From NCBI GenBank assembly GCA_038245295.1, contig JBBRSP010000029.1, forward strand, positions 1-64,000: a stretch of 64,000 nucleotides of DNA, written 5' to 3'. How positions within the stretch are numbered: the stretch's first letter is position 1; every line of letters begins with the position of its first letter. Under the pieces are notes generated by a model. That model was not told where the DNA came from. It saw nothing but the letters and a program-made list of their open reading frames with translations, and searched no databases. This stretch comes from Candidatus Binatia bacterium. Its GTDB lineage: Bacteria; Desulfobacterota; Binatia; HRBIN30. Shown one piece after another: positions 1 through 10,374 of this stretch. Made by a program: the position numbers and the translations under genes.

Positions 1-139
1 GCGATTACCGAGCCGTATCCGACAGCTGATCACCGTCGATTTGACCCCTCGTGACGATCAATCGCCCGGCGCTGGCATTTACACGATCGCCACCCCTTCA
101 CTCGACGAGCGCCGAGGCCCTCATGAATAGTCCGGGCTA

Positions 140-329
140 GGTAGTGTTTCAGGTTGACCTGTTGGCGGCTGGCCGGGTGGTGGATCCCATCGCGGAGCGC
201 GCCAACCCGTGGCGCCCATCGCGGGAATCCAAACCCGTAGCGGGTAACGTTCCGTCTCCGAGCGCCACGGCGTGGCGCGCTCCGATCAGAGACCATCGGG
301 GGGCGTGGATCCCGAATTGAGACACTACC
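140..329. repeat. 190-bp MITE-like / long-hairpin element with imperfect terminal inverted repeats and nested internal stems
   Basis: GGTAGTGTTTCA (140-151) pairs with TGAGACACTACC (318-329). Internal perfect stems: CGGAGCGCGCCA (193-204)/TGGCGCGCTCCG (273-284) and CCGTGGCGC (207-215)/GCGCCACGG (262-270). Intergenic, upstream of der. Confidence 0.5.
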
Positions 330-395
330 GCGCCCTGGGCCCGCGGGCATTGTTCATTGCGCCGCGCTAGTAGCTTCGATAGGTGAGGCGACCCC

Positions 396-1847
396 ATGCA
401 AGAGCAAGAGGATGAAGAACTAGCGGCCGTGCCCGAGCCGGCGACGGGGCCGCTGCCCGTTGTCGCGATCGTCGGCCGCCCCAACGCCGGCAAGTCGAGT
501 TTTTTCAATCGACTGATCCGCGCGCCGCGCGCCATCGTCGATCCGATGCCGGGCGTAACCCGCGATCGCAACGTCGCTCGCGCCATTTGGGACGACCGCG
601 CCTTCTTGCTGGTCGACACCGGCGGCTTTGACGACACCGATACGAGTGATCTGGCACAGTCCGTTCGCGCCCAGGCTGCCCTCGCCGCCGAGGAGGCCGA
701 CATCGTCCTGGCCATGCTCGACGGTCAAGAAGGGCTCAATCCCGCCGACCGCGATCTGATGCAGGTTCTGCGGCGCCTCGAGAAGCCGGTCATCTACGCC
801 ATCAACAAGATCGACGATCCGAAGCACGAGGCCAATATCGGTGACTTCTTCGTCCTCGGGCTGAAGGAAGTATTCCCGATCTCGACGGCGCACGGCCGCG
901 GCATCGACGACCTCATGGAGCGGTTGCTGGAGCTTCTGCCGCCGGCCGGGGCGACGATGCCGGTGGATGTCCCGTACACGGCAATCCGCTTGGCCATCAT
1001 CGGTCGGCCGAACGTTGGCAAGTCTTCGCTGCTCAATCGTCTTGTCGGCTACACGCGATCCATCGTCGATTCGACGCCGGGCACGACGCGTGACCCGCTC
1101 GATACGCCATATCGTCATGGCGAGCAGGATTACGTTCTGATCGACACGGCCGGAATTCGCCGCCGACCAAAGGTCAGCGAGTACGTCGAAAAGGCCAGCG
1201 CCGTGCGCGCTCTGCGCGCCATCGAGCAGGCAGAGGTGGCAGCGCTGGTGATCGACGCCGTCGACGGCATGGCTGAACAAGACGCGAGGATCGCCGGCTA
1301 CGCTCTTGAACGTGGTCGCGCGCTGCTGTTCGTGTTCAATAAGTGGGAAGCGGTTCCGAAGGAACGTCGCCAGCGCGATGTCGTGTTGGAGCAGCTACAG
1401 TACCATTATCCATCGCTGGCCGAGGTTCCCGTCGTGTTCCTATCGGCGCGTACCGGTGCCGGGGTACAGACTTTACTGCCGGCGATCACCAGGCTGGTCA
1501 CGGCGCACCGCCGCCGGGTTCGCACCAACGACTTGAATCGCGTGCTCGAACAGCTGGTGGCGCGCCGCAGCGCGCCGAGCGTCCGTGGCCGCGGCGTACG
1601 CTTCCTTTATGCAACCCAGGTGCACGCCGCTCCGCCGATTATCACGATTTTCACGTCGCATCCCAACGACGTGCCGGCCGCCTATCTGCGTTACTTGAAC
1701 AACGAGTTCCGCAAAGCCTTCGAGTGGTACGGTACGCCGTTGAAGATCAATCTGCGGGCGCGCCGCGCCGAGGACCCGGAACCGCGACCGAAGCCCGTCG
1801 CGCGGACGGCGAAGGGCAAGCCAAAGCGACCGCGCCGCATCAAGTAG
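396..1847 (+). CDS. der: Ribosome biogenesis GTPase Der (EngA)
   Basis: Two tandem G domains (GRPNAGKSS...DTGG...[13 protein letters not shown]...DTAG...NKWE) and a C-terminal KH-like domain ([10 protein letters not shown]...GTPLKI). Confidence 0.97.
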   Translation: MQEQEDEELAAVPEPATGPLPVVAIVGRPNAGKSSFFNRLIRAPRAIVDPMPGVTRDRNVARAIWDDRAFLLVDTGGFDDTDTSDLAQSVRAQAALAAEEADIVLAMLDGQEGLNPADRDLMQVLRRLEKPVIYAINKIDDPKHEANIGDFFVLGLKEVFPISTAHGRGIDDLMERLLELLPPAGATMPVDVPYTAIRLAIIGRPNVGKSSLLNRLVGYTRSIVDSTPGTTRDPLDTPYRHGEQDYVLIDTAGIRRRPKVSEYVEKASAVRALRAIEQAEVAALVIDAVDGMAEQDARIAGYALERGRALLFVFNKWEAVPKERRQRDVVLEQLQYHYPSLAEVPVVFLSARTGAGVQTLLPAITRLVTAHRRRVRTNDLNRVLEQLVARRSAPSVRGRGVRFLYATQVHAAPPIITIFTSHPNDVPAAYLRYLNNEFRKAFEWYGTPLKINLRARRAEDPEPRPKPVARTAKGKPKRPRRIK

Positions 1848-1862
1848 TCCGCCGGGGGATCT

Positions 1863-2267
1863 CTAGAGAGTCAGCCGTGTGACACGCCGTCGCGCATCGA
1901 GGCTGAAGCCGCCGGCGCCATTGGCGGCGATCGACAGCAGGCCGCCGATGATGGCGAGGTTCTTCAGTAGTTCCACCGCCTGACTCGTCTCGTGGACGAT
2001 CACCAGGTTGGTGTGGAAAATCAGCGTCGTCGGAATCAGGAAGATGACCAGGGCTGAAGCGGCGACGCGGGTCCACCAGCCGAGCAACAGGGCCACGCCG
2101 GCGCCAAGCTCGACGGCGATGGCGATGAGCAGCGACGCGAAGATGAACGGGATCTGGTGTTGCACCATGATCTCGGTGGTGCCACCGACGTTGAAGAACT
2201 TCTGCAACCCGGAGAGCAGAAAGATCAGCGCCACCAGGACGCGCGCTACCAGAGCTGTACCGGCCAT
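1863..2267 (-). CDS. DoxX family membrane protein
   Basis: ARVLVALIFLLSGLQK...ELGAGVALLLGWWTR...LKNLAIIGGLL...GAGGFSLD pattern with four hydrophobic segments. Start chosen at MAGTALV. Confidence 0.88.
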   Translation of the reverse strand: MAGTALVARVLVALIFLLSGLQKFFNVGGTTEIMVQHQIPFIFASLLIAIAVELGAGVALLLGWWTRVAASALVIFLIPTTLIFHTNLVIVHETSQAVELLKNLAIIGGLLSIAANGAGGFSLDARRRVTRLTL

Positions 2268-2374
2268 CGCACCCCTCACATTGCCCCGCCATGGGGCCAC
2301 CGTTTGTTACTGGCATGGGTGGCGCGTCGATTTCAAGTTTGACCGACCCGATAACGTCGGTTAGTCCTCGCCTC

Positions 2375-3352
2375 ATGCGTATTTCGAGTGGTGCGGCACT
2401 CCTGCCTTTTCTGTGCTGGGCGCTGCAAGCGAGTGCAGCCGAGCCGATCGTGCAAGGCTTCCGCGACGAAGACGTCGTGGCGCGGGTCAACGGAACGGCG
2501 ATCGAACGCCGCGCCGTGAAAGAGGTCGTGCGCGGCATGGTTGCCGTCTCGGAAACGGAGCCGGACGAGAAGTTGGTGCGCGGCTTCGCCCGTGATGCGC
2601 TCGAGTCGTTGATCGATCTGGAGTTGCTGTATCAGGATTCCGCCAAGCACGGTGTGGTTGTCCCCGATCAGGCGGTCAACGAAGAGGTGGACCGCACCCG
2701 TGGTCGCTTCCCCAATGCCAAGGCGTACGCCGACGCCCTCAAGGCGCAGGGTACGTCGGACGCCGAGTTGCGGCGTGCAACCCACAAGACACTCGCCGTG
2801 AGCCGATTCCTCGAATCGGTCGTTCTGAAGGATGCGCGCGTCGAGGCGGCGCAGGTGCAGGGGTTCTACGATCAGAATCGGAAGGAGTTTCTACAACCGG
2901 CCCAGGTCCGTGCCAGCCACATTCTGATCCGCGTCGACGCCAAGGCCAAGCCGGCCGAGAAGGCCGCGGCGCAGGCGAAGGCCGCCGAGTTGCTGGCCAA
3001 GCTGAAAGCGGGCGCGGACTTTGCCGCTGTGGCGCGCGACAATTCCCAGGATCCCGGCTCGGCGCCACACGGCGGCGATCTCGGCTTCTTTGGCGCCGGT
3101 GACATGTTACCCGAGTTTGAGAAGGCGGTGACGGCACTGCCTATCGGTGGGCTCAGCGATGTTGTGCGAACTACCTATGGCTTCGACATCATCAAGGTGA
3201 CGGAACGTCGCGACGCCGGCCCACAGCCGCTGGCCGAGGTCGAAGAGCGTATTCGGGCCGGGCTGCTCAAACAGGAACGCCAGCGTTTGCAGAGCGCCTA
3301 CGTCGCCAAGCAACGCGAGCAAGCCAAGATCGAATACGCCGCCCCGCTGTGA
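2375..3352 (+). CDS. Exported PpiC/parvulin peptidyl-prolyl isomerase (SurA/PrsA-like chaperone)
   Basis: Signal peptide, VVARVNG N-terminal domain and rotamase motifs VRASHILI, DFAAVARDNSQDPGSAPHGGDLGFF and VRTTYGFDIIKV. Confidence 0.9.
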   Translation: MRISSGAALLPFLCWALQASAAEPIVQGFRDEDVVARVNGTAIERRAVKEVVRGMVAVSETEPDEKLVRGFARDALESLIDLELLYQDSAKHGVVVPDQAVNEEVDRTRGRFPNAKAYADALKAQGTSDAELRRATHKTLAVSRFLESVVLKDARVEAAQVQGFYDQNRKEFLQPAQVRASHILIRVDAKAKPAEKAAAQAKAAELLAKLKAGADFAAVARDNSQDPGSAPHGGDLGFFGAGDMLPEFEKAVTALPIGGLSDVVRTTYGFDIIKVTERRDAGPQPLAEVEERIRAGLLKQERQRLQSAYVAKQREQAKIEYAAPL

Positions 3353-3355
3353 AGA

Positions 3356-4156
3356 CTAGCGTCCGTTGAATTTCGGCGCCCGTTTCTCCTTGAACGCACG
3401 GACCGCTTCGGTGTGATCGGCCGACCGGTACAGGTGTTCCAGCACAAACCCCTCGTGGCGCACTTGCGCCTCGAAAGTCGCGTTGAGGCCCTGGTACAGA
3501 GCCTGACGCGTCAGCTGGATCGACAACGGCGCGCACTGGGTAATCTCTCGGGCCATGGCGATCGCCGTCGCCAGCAGCTCGTTGCCGGGCACGACACGGT
3601 TGACAAGACCGGCTTGCTCGCACTCGACGGCGGTGAATTGCTTGCCGGTGAACATGAATTCGCAAGCCCGCGCCAAACCGACGATGCGCGGTAGCAAGAA
3701 GGTTGAGCCGAGCTCGGCCATGACACCCATACGGCCGAAGAGGAAGCCGATCTTGGCTTCGGTCGCCGCCAGGCGGATGTCGCACAGCAGCGGAATGGTT
3801 GCTCCCACCCCGAGCGCAAAGCCGTTGATGGCGGCGATCGTCGGCTTGCGCAGCCCGCGCATCAGCTGCGGGAACTCCTCGACGCGTTGCGGGCCGCCGC
3901 CGTGTTCGCCAGTGGTGGTCCCGCCACCGCCGGCAATCTGCCCGGCAAAGAAATCCATGTCGGCTCCGGCACAGAAGGCGCGGCCGGCACCGGTGAGAAT
4001 GGCGACGCGAATTGCCCGGTCCGCATCGATGACACGAAACACATCCGTCAGCTCGGCACCCATGATCGGCGTCCACGCATTCAACCGCTGCGGCCGATTC
4101 AACGTAACCGTCGCCGCACCATCCACCGTCTCAAGAGTAATCGTCTCGTAACCCAC
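3356..4156 (-). CDS. Enoyl-CoA hydratase/isomerase family protein
   Basis: TLNRPQRLNA, GAGRAFCAGAD, KPTIAAING, FKEKRAPKF. GTG start with a GGAGG RBS. Confidence 0.92.
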   Translation of the reverse strand: MGYETITLETVDGAATVTLNRPQRLNAWTPIMGAELTDVFRVIDADRAIRVAILTGAGRAFCAGADMDFFAGQIAGGGGTTTGEHGGGPQRVEEFPQLMRGLRKPTIAAINGFALGVGATIPLLCDIRLAATEAKIGFLFGRMGVMAELGSTFLLPRIVGLARACEFMFTGKQFTAVECEQAGLVNRVVPGNELLATAIAMAREITQCAPLSIQLTRQALYQGLNATFEAQVRHEGFVLEHLYRSADHTEAVRAFKEKRAPKFNGR

Positions 4157-4221
4157 CTGGCCCTCCAATCTCATGCCCGCGCCCTTGCCCTAGCCCGAGT
4201 CGAGGGGATACATCGCCGCCC

Positions 4222-5505
4222 ATGCATCCGACAAGCATCCGCGTCGCCTGTGATTCGATGGTGGCTCTCTCGGCCGCGACCGCCGACGGCAGTGTGTTGT
4301 TCGCCAAGAACAGTGACCGGCCGGCGATGGAGTGTCAGCCCCTGGCCTTCGTGCCGCGCGGGCGCCACGCGCGGCCGGCGCGTCTGCGCTGCACCTACAT
4401 CGAGATTGCGCAGGTCGGCGAGACGGCCCAGGTGATCGGCTCGCGCCCCTATTGGTGTTGGGGCTTCGAACACGGGCTGAATGAACACGGCGTCGCCATC
4501 GGTAACCATACGATCTTTGCCAAAGATGCTCTGGGGGGCCTTGGCCTGATCGGCATGGATCTCGTGCGGCTGGGCCTCGAACGTGCCACATCGGCTGCCA
4601 CCGCTGTCGAGGTCATCGTCGCGTTATTGGAAGAGCACGGGCAGGGCGGCTCCGGCTATGCCGACAAGGATTGGCCGTACCACAACTCGTTCCTTATCGC
4701 CGATCGCGGCGCGGCCTACATCCTGGAAACCTCGGATCGCCAGTGGGCGCTAAAGGATGTGGCGGGCCTCGCCTCGGCGTCGAACCATGTCACCATCGGC
4801 ACCGATTGGAGCCGTCTGTCGCCGCTTGCCGTGGCGCATGCGCGCCAGGAGGGTTGGTGGTCGGAGCCGGAGTCGACGCGCTTCGACTTCGCGGCGGCGT
4901 ATCGCGATCTCTCGATGGTTCCGCCGGAAATCTCCAGCGGTCGGTATGGCCGCACCTGTGAGCGCCTGAGGGGAGAGCAGGGAGCCATCGATGTCGCAAC
5001 CCTGCGGCAGACATTGCGCGATCACTACGGGGCGGTGCTGCCCAATGAGGGGCTGACGCCGATGGACGAGCGTTACTTTGGCGTGTGTATGCACGCCGAG
5101 CCGGTCGGCACCACGACCGCCAGTGTCATCGCGCACTTGCCGCACGCCGCCGGCGAGCCGGTTACCTACTGGGCTAGCCTCGCGTCTCCCTGTGTCTCGG
5201 CGTTCCTACCGCTGTACGTCGATGCCGGAGTGCCGGAGATGTTGACGCGCAGCAGCGTCGAACCCAGCCCCGAGTCGCCCTGGTGGCGGTGCAAGCAGCT
5301 GCTCGGGGCGGTCGAACAGGACTGGTCGGCGCGCGCCCCCATCGTGCGCGCTGAGCTCGACGAATTCGAGGCGGCGACTCAGGCAGCGTTGGTCGAGCGA
5401 CCAGCGCAGGCGATGAACGCGGCGCAACGCCTGGTGTTCAGCACCGAGCGGGCGGTGGAATTGTTGCGGCGCGTCGAGAATCTACTTGGCCGGTTCGCAG
5501 AGTAG
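4222..5505 (+). CDS. Peptidase C69 / secernin-like Ntn hydrolase
   Basis: N-terminal CDSMVAL...FAKNSDRP, WGFEHGLNEHGVAIGN, GMDLVRLGLERA, CMHA. Confidence 0.85.
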   Translation: MHPTSIRVACDSMVALSAATADGSVLFAKNSDRPAMECQPLAFVPRGRHARPARLRCTYIEIAQVGETAQVIGSRPYWCWGFEHGLNEHGVAIGNHTIFAKDALGGLGLIGMDLVRLGLERATSAATAVEVIVALLEEHGQGGSGYADKDWPYHNSFLIADRGAAYILETSDRQWALKDVAGLASASNHVTIGTDWSRLSPLAVAHARQEGWWSEPESTRFDFAAAYRDLSMVPPEISSGRYGRTCERLRGEQGAIDVATLRQTLRDHYGAVLPNEGLTPMDERYFGVCMHAEPVGTTTASVIAHLPHAAGEPVTYWASLASPCVSAFLPLYVDAGVPEMLTRSSVEPSPESPWWRCKQLLGAVEQDWSARAPIVRAELDEFEAATQAALVERPAQAMNAAQRLVFSTERAVELLRRVENLLGRFAE

Positions 5506-5534
5506 GTGCAAGCTTTAGAGGCTGTCTCAGCAGC

Positions 5535-5630
5535 TTACATGGCCGGATCGAGTGCGGCTTGCTGCTGTTGTGCGGTGGCGTTGCCGACAGATAATACGGT
5601 CGCTAAAAGAAAAACGGGGGCGAACTTCAT
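5535..5630 (-). CDS. Possible 31-aa signal-peptide-bearing small ORF or remnant of a secreted-protein gene
   Basis: Translates MKFAPVFLLATVLSVGNATAQQQQAALDPAM*. Classic n/h/c signal peptide with an ATA cleavage site and GAGG upstream. Confidence 0.3.
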   Translation of the reverse strand: MKFAPVFLLATVLSVGNATAQQQQAALDPAM

Positions 5631-5729
5631 AACTTTCGGCCTCGGTAAGGCAATTGAAGCAGTCGGACAACGTCAAAGAATCCGGTTGAGTAGGTAGCAG
5701 CGGGGGCGTATTTTACGTTCCCAAGAGAG

Positions 5730-5933
5730 GTGATCGTTATGGTCGAAGTCGTGGACTGGGTGCGTAGCCTCCATTTAGATTCGAAAACGGGGTTCATGTT
5801 GGCAGTGGCACTCGCGGGAGTCTACTTCCTGCTGACCCGTCGTCCCAAGGTAGTCCGTGATGTGGACAACCGGTTCAAAGAGTTGAAGGAAGAGCGATCG
5901 AGCTACTACCGCGGCCAACGCCCACCCAGTTGA
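5730..5933 (+). CDS. Small single-TM hypothetical protein
   Basis: AGAGAGGTG RBS region, one TM (FMLAVALAGVYFLL) and a charged tail. Confidence 0.6.
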   Translation: MIVMVEVVDWVRSLHLDSKTGFMLAVALAGVYFLLTRRPKVVRDVDNRFKELKEERSSYYRGQRPPS

Positions 5934-6010
5934 GTCTTGTTGAACCCGGCGTCCTTGCCTCGCTGAAGTGGTGCCGATAAGGTCGGCGCGCGGCGAAAGG
6001 GAGGACACCG

Positions 6011-7627
6011 ATGAGTCGATACGCCCCACTGTTCCCATGTCTTATTTTTTGTGTTCTCTTGTCCTCCGGTTGTGGTGAAGAAGAATCAACCGCCGGCGCC
6101 ATCCAACTGCAGCGCCTCCAAGTCGCCGGCAGCCAGCCTCCCGCCAATCCAACCGCCAACAGCAGCACCCCGTCCACTCTCAATTTTGCTCTAGCGCAGA
6201 CCTACCAGCGCGAGCGCCAATCGGATGCCTCCATCGAGCGCGTCGTCATTCTCATGCCGGGCTTCCTCGGTGGCGCCAATGACTTCGACTACCTCGGGCC
6301 GCGGCTGATCGAGCGCAGCACTGTGCCGACAGCGGTATGGGCGATTGATCGCCGGTCCAATGCGCTCGAGGACCAGACCGGCTTCGACGCCGCCGAGACG
6401 CAACACGATCCGGAGATCGCCAAGCAGTATTACTTCGGCGGCGCAGCGATTGGAGGCAAGACGTTCGCCGGCTTCGTCAACGGTACGGATGTGCCCTTCA
6501 TGTCGGAGTGGGGCATCCGGACTCATATTGAAGATCTCGACGCGCTCGTCAGCGCCGCGATCCGCCGTTACCCGCACGCCAGCATGTTTCTGGGTGGTCA
6601 TTCGCTCGGCGCCAGTATCGTGCCGATCTATGCGGCGTGGGACTTCGGAGCCTACGCCGGCTTCGAACGTCTAGCCGGGTTGATCTTGCTCGAAGGTGGT
6701 CCCGTCGGCGCCAACCCCGGTGCGGCCGTGCCGCGCCAGGAGGCCTACGAGGGGTCGGCCGGAATCAAGTCGATCCGGGCCGGAAATCCGATCACCAACC
6801 TGCCTTTTATCACAACCGAGCTGTTCGCCGCCGCCGAGATCATCGGTATGCGCACGCATCACGCTTTCGGCCATCCCGACGCGCCGACACCGGACAAACA
6901 GCTGTTCACGGCGTTCTTCAGCACGTTGTTCGGTCTGCAGAGTATTCCGAATATGACCAACGCTGCAGCGCTCGGCTTCGGCTTCGACAACGATTTCCAG
7001 CCTCTGTCCTTCGCGCGCGCGTCGATTGGCGCCGGTAGCGGTGGCACCATCGGTGACAATCCCAACGCGGCCTTCTTCGGTAGCTTTGTCGGACCGGGCG
7101 AGAAGCTGCTCGGCCCGCTGGATGTGAATGGCAACTATTCGTGGCTCAATCGCACCCAGCAGCCGGCGCCAGCGGATCCGAGCGACATCGATACCTTCGC
7201 CGGGATTCTCTACCGCGGGCCGAGCAACTTCATTGAGTGGTACTTTCCGGCGCGCATCAACGTCGATGTCGGCGTTGTTGGCGCGCTCAACGTCGGGCGC
7301 AGCGGCGACTGGCGCAAAGATGCCTACGGACTCGCGGTAACCGAGAACGCCCGCGTCGACCTACCGGTCTTCGCCGTTGGCGGCAGCCGCGGCTTGTTGT
7401 CCGATCTGACGCGCCTGAACCCGTACCGTGCGTCGATCGCCCCGCGCCTGCGCAACGGAGCCGATCGAGGCACGACACCGGCCGGCTTTCAGACCATCCT
7501 GGCGGACCGCTTCGTGCATCTCGACGTCCTCACGGCATACGATGACAACCCGCAGGGCAACGGGGTCTTCGAGCCGATGGTCGAGTGGATGGACGCGGCA
7601 CAGAAGATCAGCGGCGAACGCCACTAG
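6011..7627 (+). CDS. Lipoprotein alpha/beta hydrolase
   Basis: Lipobox LSSGC, nucleophile elbow GGHSLG, C-terminal FVHLDVL His motif and GGAGG RBS. Confidence 0.8.
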   Translation: MSRYAPLFPCLIFCVLLSSGCGEEESTAGAIQLQRLQVAGSQPPANPTANSSTPSTLNFALAQTYQRERQSDASIERVVILMPGFLGGANDFDYLGPRLIERSTVPTAVWAIDRRSNALEDQTGFDAAETQHDPEIAKQYYFGGAAIGGKTFAGFVNGTDVPFMSEWGIRTHIEDLDALVSAAIRRYPHASMFLGGHSLGASIVPIYAAWDFGAYAGFERLAGLILLEGGPVGANPGAAVPRQEAYEGSAGIKSIRAGNPITNLPFITTELFAAAEIIGMRTHHAFGHPDAPTPDKQLFTAFFSTLFGLQSIPNMTNAAALGFGFDNDFQPLSFARASIGAGSGGTIGDNPNAAFFGSFVGPGEKLLGPLDVNGNYSWLNRTQQPAPADPSDIDTFAGILYRGPSNFIEWYFPARINVDVGVVGALNVGRSGDWRKDAYGLAVTENARVDLPVFAVGGSRGLLSDLTRLNPYRASIAPRLRNGADRGTTPAGFQTILADRFVHLDVLTAYDDNPQGNGVFEPMVEWMDAAQKISGERH

Positions 7628-7822
7628 GCGCAAGCAGCAACGCGGTTCACCGTGCGCGCATTGAACCGTAGAACTCGGGAACATCTTGTGGGACGAGCCA
7701 AAGGGCTTCAACTTCTGCTGCCGCTGGGGTGCGGGCGGTAGACGGGAAGCCTGCTTTGTTCGCCTTGCGGATACGTTGCCGACAAAGCGAGTGACGCGGG
7801 CACGCGGGTGGTTGGGGATAGC

Positions 7823-8734
7823 TCATCTTGACGGTTGTTGTGACTGGTGCGGTCCGACGAGCGCCTCGAAGCCAGAGATCACGTCGAACAGTTCCTCGTC
7901 GATGCTACTCTGGCGCAAACGGTGGAATGTGCCGTGGAGATGCTCCAACAATTCGTCGATGTTTTTGTCGGCGCGCTGCATTGCCGCTAAACGGCTGGCG
8001 TTCTCGCTGGCGAGGGATTCAGCGCAGGCCCGGAAGAGCGAGATGAAAAGATATTCGCGGATGAGTGCACCCAGGGTCGTGCTCCCGCCACCCATGACCT
8101 CGGGTAAGCTCTTGGTCGGCCAGCGGACTTGGGACAGACCTTGTTGCCATTGCGCGTCGAGCGGCAACAACCGTTGGCTAACCGGCTCGTAGAGCGCTCC
8201 AGACTGCGGGCGGTTATGGAAGACGTATACCCGCGCATACTGGCCTGTGGCCCTATGCGCCTCGCTTTCGATTTGAATCTGGCCGACGAGCGGGGTGATG
8301 GCCTTGACGGAATTTGGCACGGCGAAGAGTCCCATCAGCGGTAGACCCGCGTCTGCCAGGCGCGCATGAACCCTCCCGCCGACCGCCCACACTTGCGCTT
8401 TGCCGGGCAGCGCCGCGAGGGTCTTGATCGCATAATCGGCCACAACGTCGTTAAACTGCCCCACCAGCCCCTGATCGGAACCGAACACGACGGCGCCAAT
8501 CGCACCCCCATCGGTTTGACGTTTCCCGTCTGCCCTCAAGGGTGTTGGCTCGCCCTCCCGAAAGCAGGCGCCCAACCCCAGCTCCACGGTCCGATAGTAG
8601 TCGACCAACGCGTGTACCGATTTCTCATATTGTCCGATGCTTGATGCGGCCACGGCTTTCATCGTGCGGACAACGGATTGGAGGTCTCCGGCACTGCGAA
8701 TCTGTCGGCGCAGGCTCTCCGTGGTGTCGCTCAT
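7823..8734 (-). CDS. atpG: N-ATPase F1 gamma subunit
   Basis: [52 protein letters not shown]. Confidence 0.95.
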   Translation of the reverse strand: MSDTTESLRRQIRSAGDLQSVVRTMKAVAASSIGQYEKSVHALVDYYRTVELGLGACFREGEPTPLRADGKRQTDGGAIGAVVFGSDQGLVGQFNDVVADYAIKTLAALPGKAQVWAVGGRVHARLADAGLPLMGLFAVPNSVKAITPLVGQIQIESEAHRATGQYARVYVFHNRPQSGALYEPVSQRLLPLDAQWQQGLSQVRWPTKSLPEVMGGGSTTLGALIREYLFISLFRACAESLASENASRLAAMQRADKNIDELLEHLHGTFHRLRQSSIDEELFDVISGFEALVGPHQSQQPSR

Positions 8735-10374
8735 GACTTCTCCGCGGGTGCGCCCTTGAGCTTGAGTTTGACATCCGGGTGGGCCTCCGGCTTGAACTCC
8801 GGCTCAGGCGTGGGCTCGGCTTTGGCTTCGGGTTTGGATTCCGGTTTGGGTTGGAAACCTACGAGCGCCGTGCGGCCAATTTCGATAATCGCTTTGCGAT
8901 CCGCATCGTTCAGCGTGTCGGCGGTGACCAACCGGTCGGCCACTTCGGCCGGCATCTTCAGCGCCGCCTCGCGCACGGCCCTGTCGGCATCCTTCATCCG
9001 CTCGAGCGGCACGTTGTCGAAGAGCTCGGCGCTCAACGCCAGCAGTATGGTGATTTGCTCGGGCACGGAAACCGGGGCGAATTCCGGTTGCTCGAGGCAG
9101 GCGCGGATGCGCCGCCCATGCTCGATGATTTTCCGGGCCTCTTTATCGAGCCGAGCACCGAAGCGGGAGAAGGTTTCGCGTTCCTCGAACTGCGCGTACG
9201 CAAGTTTAAGGTCGCCCGTCACCGCGCGGTAGGCCGCGAGCTGCGCCTTACCGCCGACGCGGGAAACGGATTTGCCGACATCGACCGCGGGCAGCACACC
9301 CAATTCGAATAGCGACGGCGACAGGTAGATTTGCCCGTCGGTGATGGAGATCAGGTTGGTCGGTATGTAAGCGGAAATGTTCTGCGCCTCGGTTTCGATG
9401 ATCGGCAGAGCGGTGAGCGAACCGCCACCGAGCTCCTTGCGTAAGTGCGTGGCGCGTTCCAGCAGCCGCGAGTGGATGTAGAAGATATCGCCGGGGAAGG
9501 CTTCGCGACCGGGCGGGCGGCGCAGCAAGAGGGAAAGCTCGCGATAGGCCCGGGCGTGATGGGTGAGATCGTCGTACACGATCAGTACGTCGCGGCCCGA
9601 TTCCATGAAATGCTCCGCGATGCTGGTGGCGGCGTAGGGAGCAATGTAGGCGAGGCCAGGCGGATCATTGCCCTCGGTGACGACCACGACAGTGTAATCC
9701 ATCGCGCCCTTCTCCCGCAGAGTAGCCACGGCCTTCGCGACGGCGGACGCGCGCTGGCCGATGGCACAATAGACGCACACGACATTCCGCCCCCGCTGGT
9801 TGAGGATGGTGTCGATCGCAATGGCCGTCTTGCCCGTCCGGCGGTCACCCAGAATCAACTCGCGCTGGCCGTGCCCGACGGGAATGAGCGCATCGATGAC
9901 TTTGAGGCCGGTTTGGAGCGGCACGGTGACGGGCGAGCGGTCCATGATCGGTGTTGCCGGGCGTTCGATAGGCAGGCGCTCGTTGCAGGCCAACGACCCG
10001 TGGGCGTCGAGAGGTCTACCGAGCGGGTCGATGACGCGTCCCAGTAATGCCTCGCCCACGGCCACGTCCATGACCCGGCCCGTGCGCTCGACTTCATCGC
10101 CGGCGTGCAGGTGGGAGTATTCGCCGAGCAGCACGATGCCGATTTCGTCCTCGTCGACGTTGAACGCGATGCCGGGCACATCGCCGGGAAACGTCACCAA
10201 CTCCTCGAAGCCCACGCCGGGGAGCCCCGACACCTTGGCGATGCCGGTGGCGACGCTGGTGATCGTGCCCACTTCCCGTGGTCGCAGTTGCGGTGCGAAC
10301 GCTTCTCGCACTTCGCTTATTCCAGAAAACGCGGTGTCGAAGACGGTGCGAAGGCTCTCGGGTTCGATGCTCAT
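8731..10374 (-). CDS. atpA: N-ATPase (alternate F1F0) alpha subunit with Pro/Glu/Lys tail
   Basis: [58 protein letters not shown]. Confidence 0.96.
   Translation of the reverse strand: MSIEPESLRTVFDTAFSGISEVREAFAPQLRPREVGTITSVATGIAKVSGLPGVGFEELVTFPGDVPGIAFNVDEDEIGIVLLGEYSHLHAGDEVERTGRVMDVAVGEALLGRVIDPLGRPLDAHGSLACNERLPIERPATPIMDRSPVTVPLQTGLKVIDALIPVGHGQRELILGDRRTGKTAIAIDTILNQRGRNVVCVYCAIGQRASAVAKAVATLREKGAMDYTVVVVTEGNDPPGLAYIAPYAATSIAEHFMESGRDVLIVYDDLTHHARAYRELSLLLRRPPGREAFPGDIFYIHSRLLERATHLRKELGGGSLTALPIIETEAQNISAYIPTNLISITDGQIYLSPSLFELGVLPAVDVGKSVSRVGGKAQLAAYRAVTGDLKLAYAQFEERETFSRFGARLDKEARKIIEHGRRIRACLEQPEFAPVSVPEQITILLALSAELFDNVPLERMKDADRAVREAALKMPAEVADRLVTADTLNDADRKAIIEIGRTALVGFQPKPESKPEAKAEPTPEPEFKPEAHPDVKLKLKGAPAEKS

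Noticed and set aside
7628..7822. Island attachment site or direct repeat matching 33176-33450
   Set aside because: No shared direct repeat, tRNA end or integrase found by eye.
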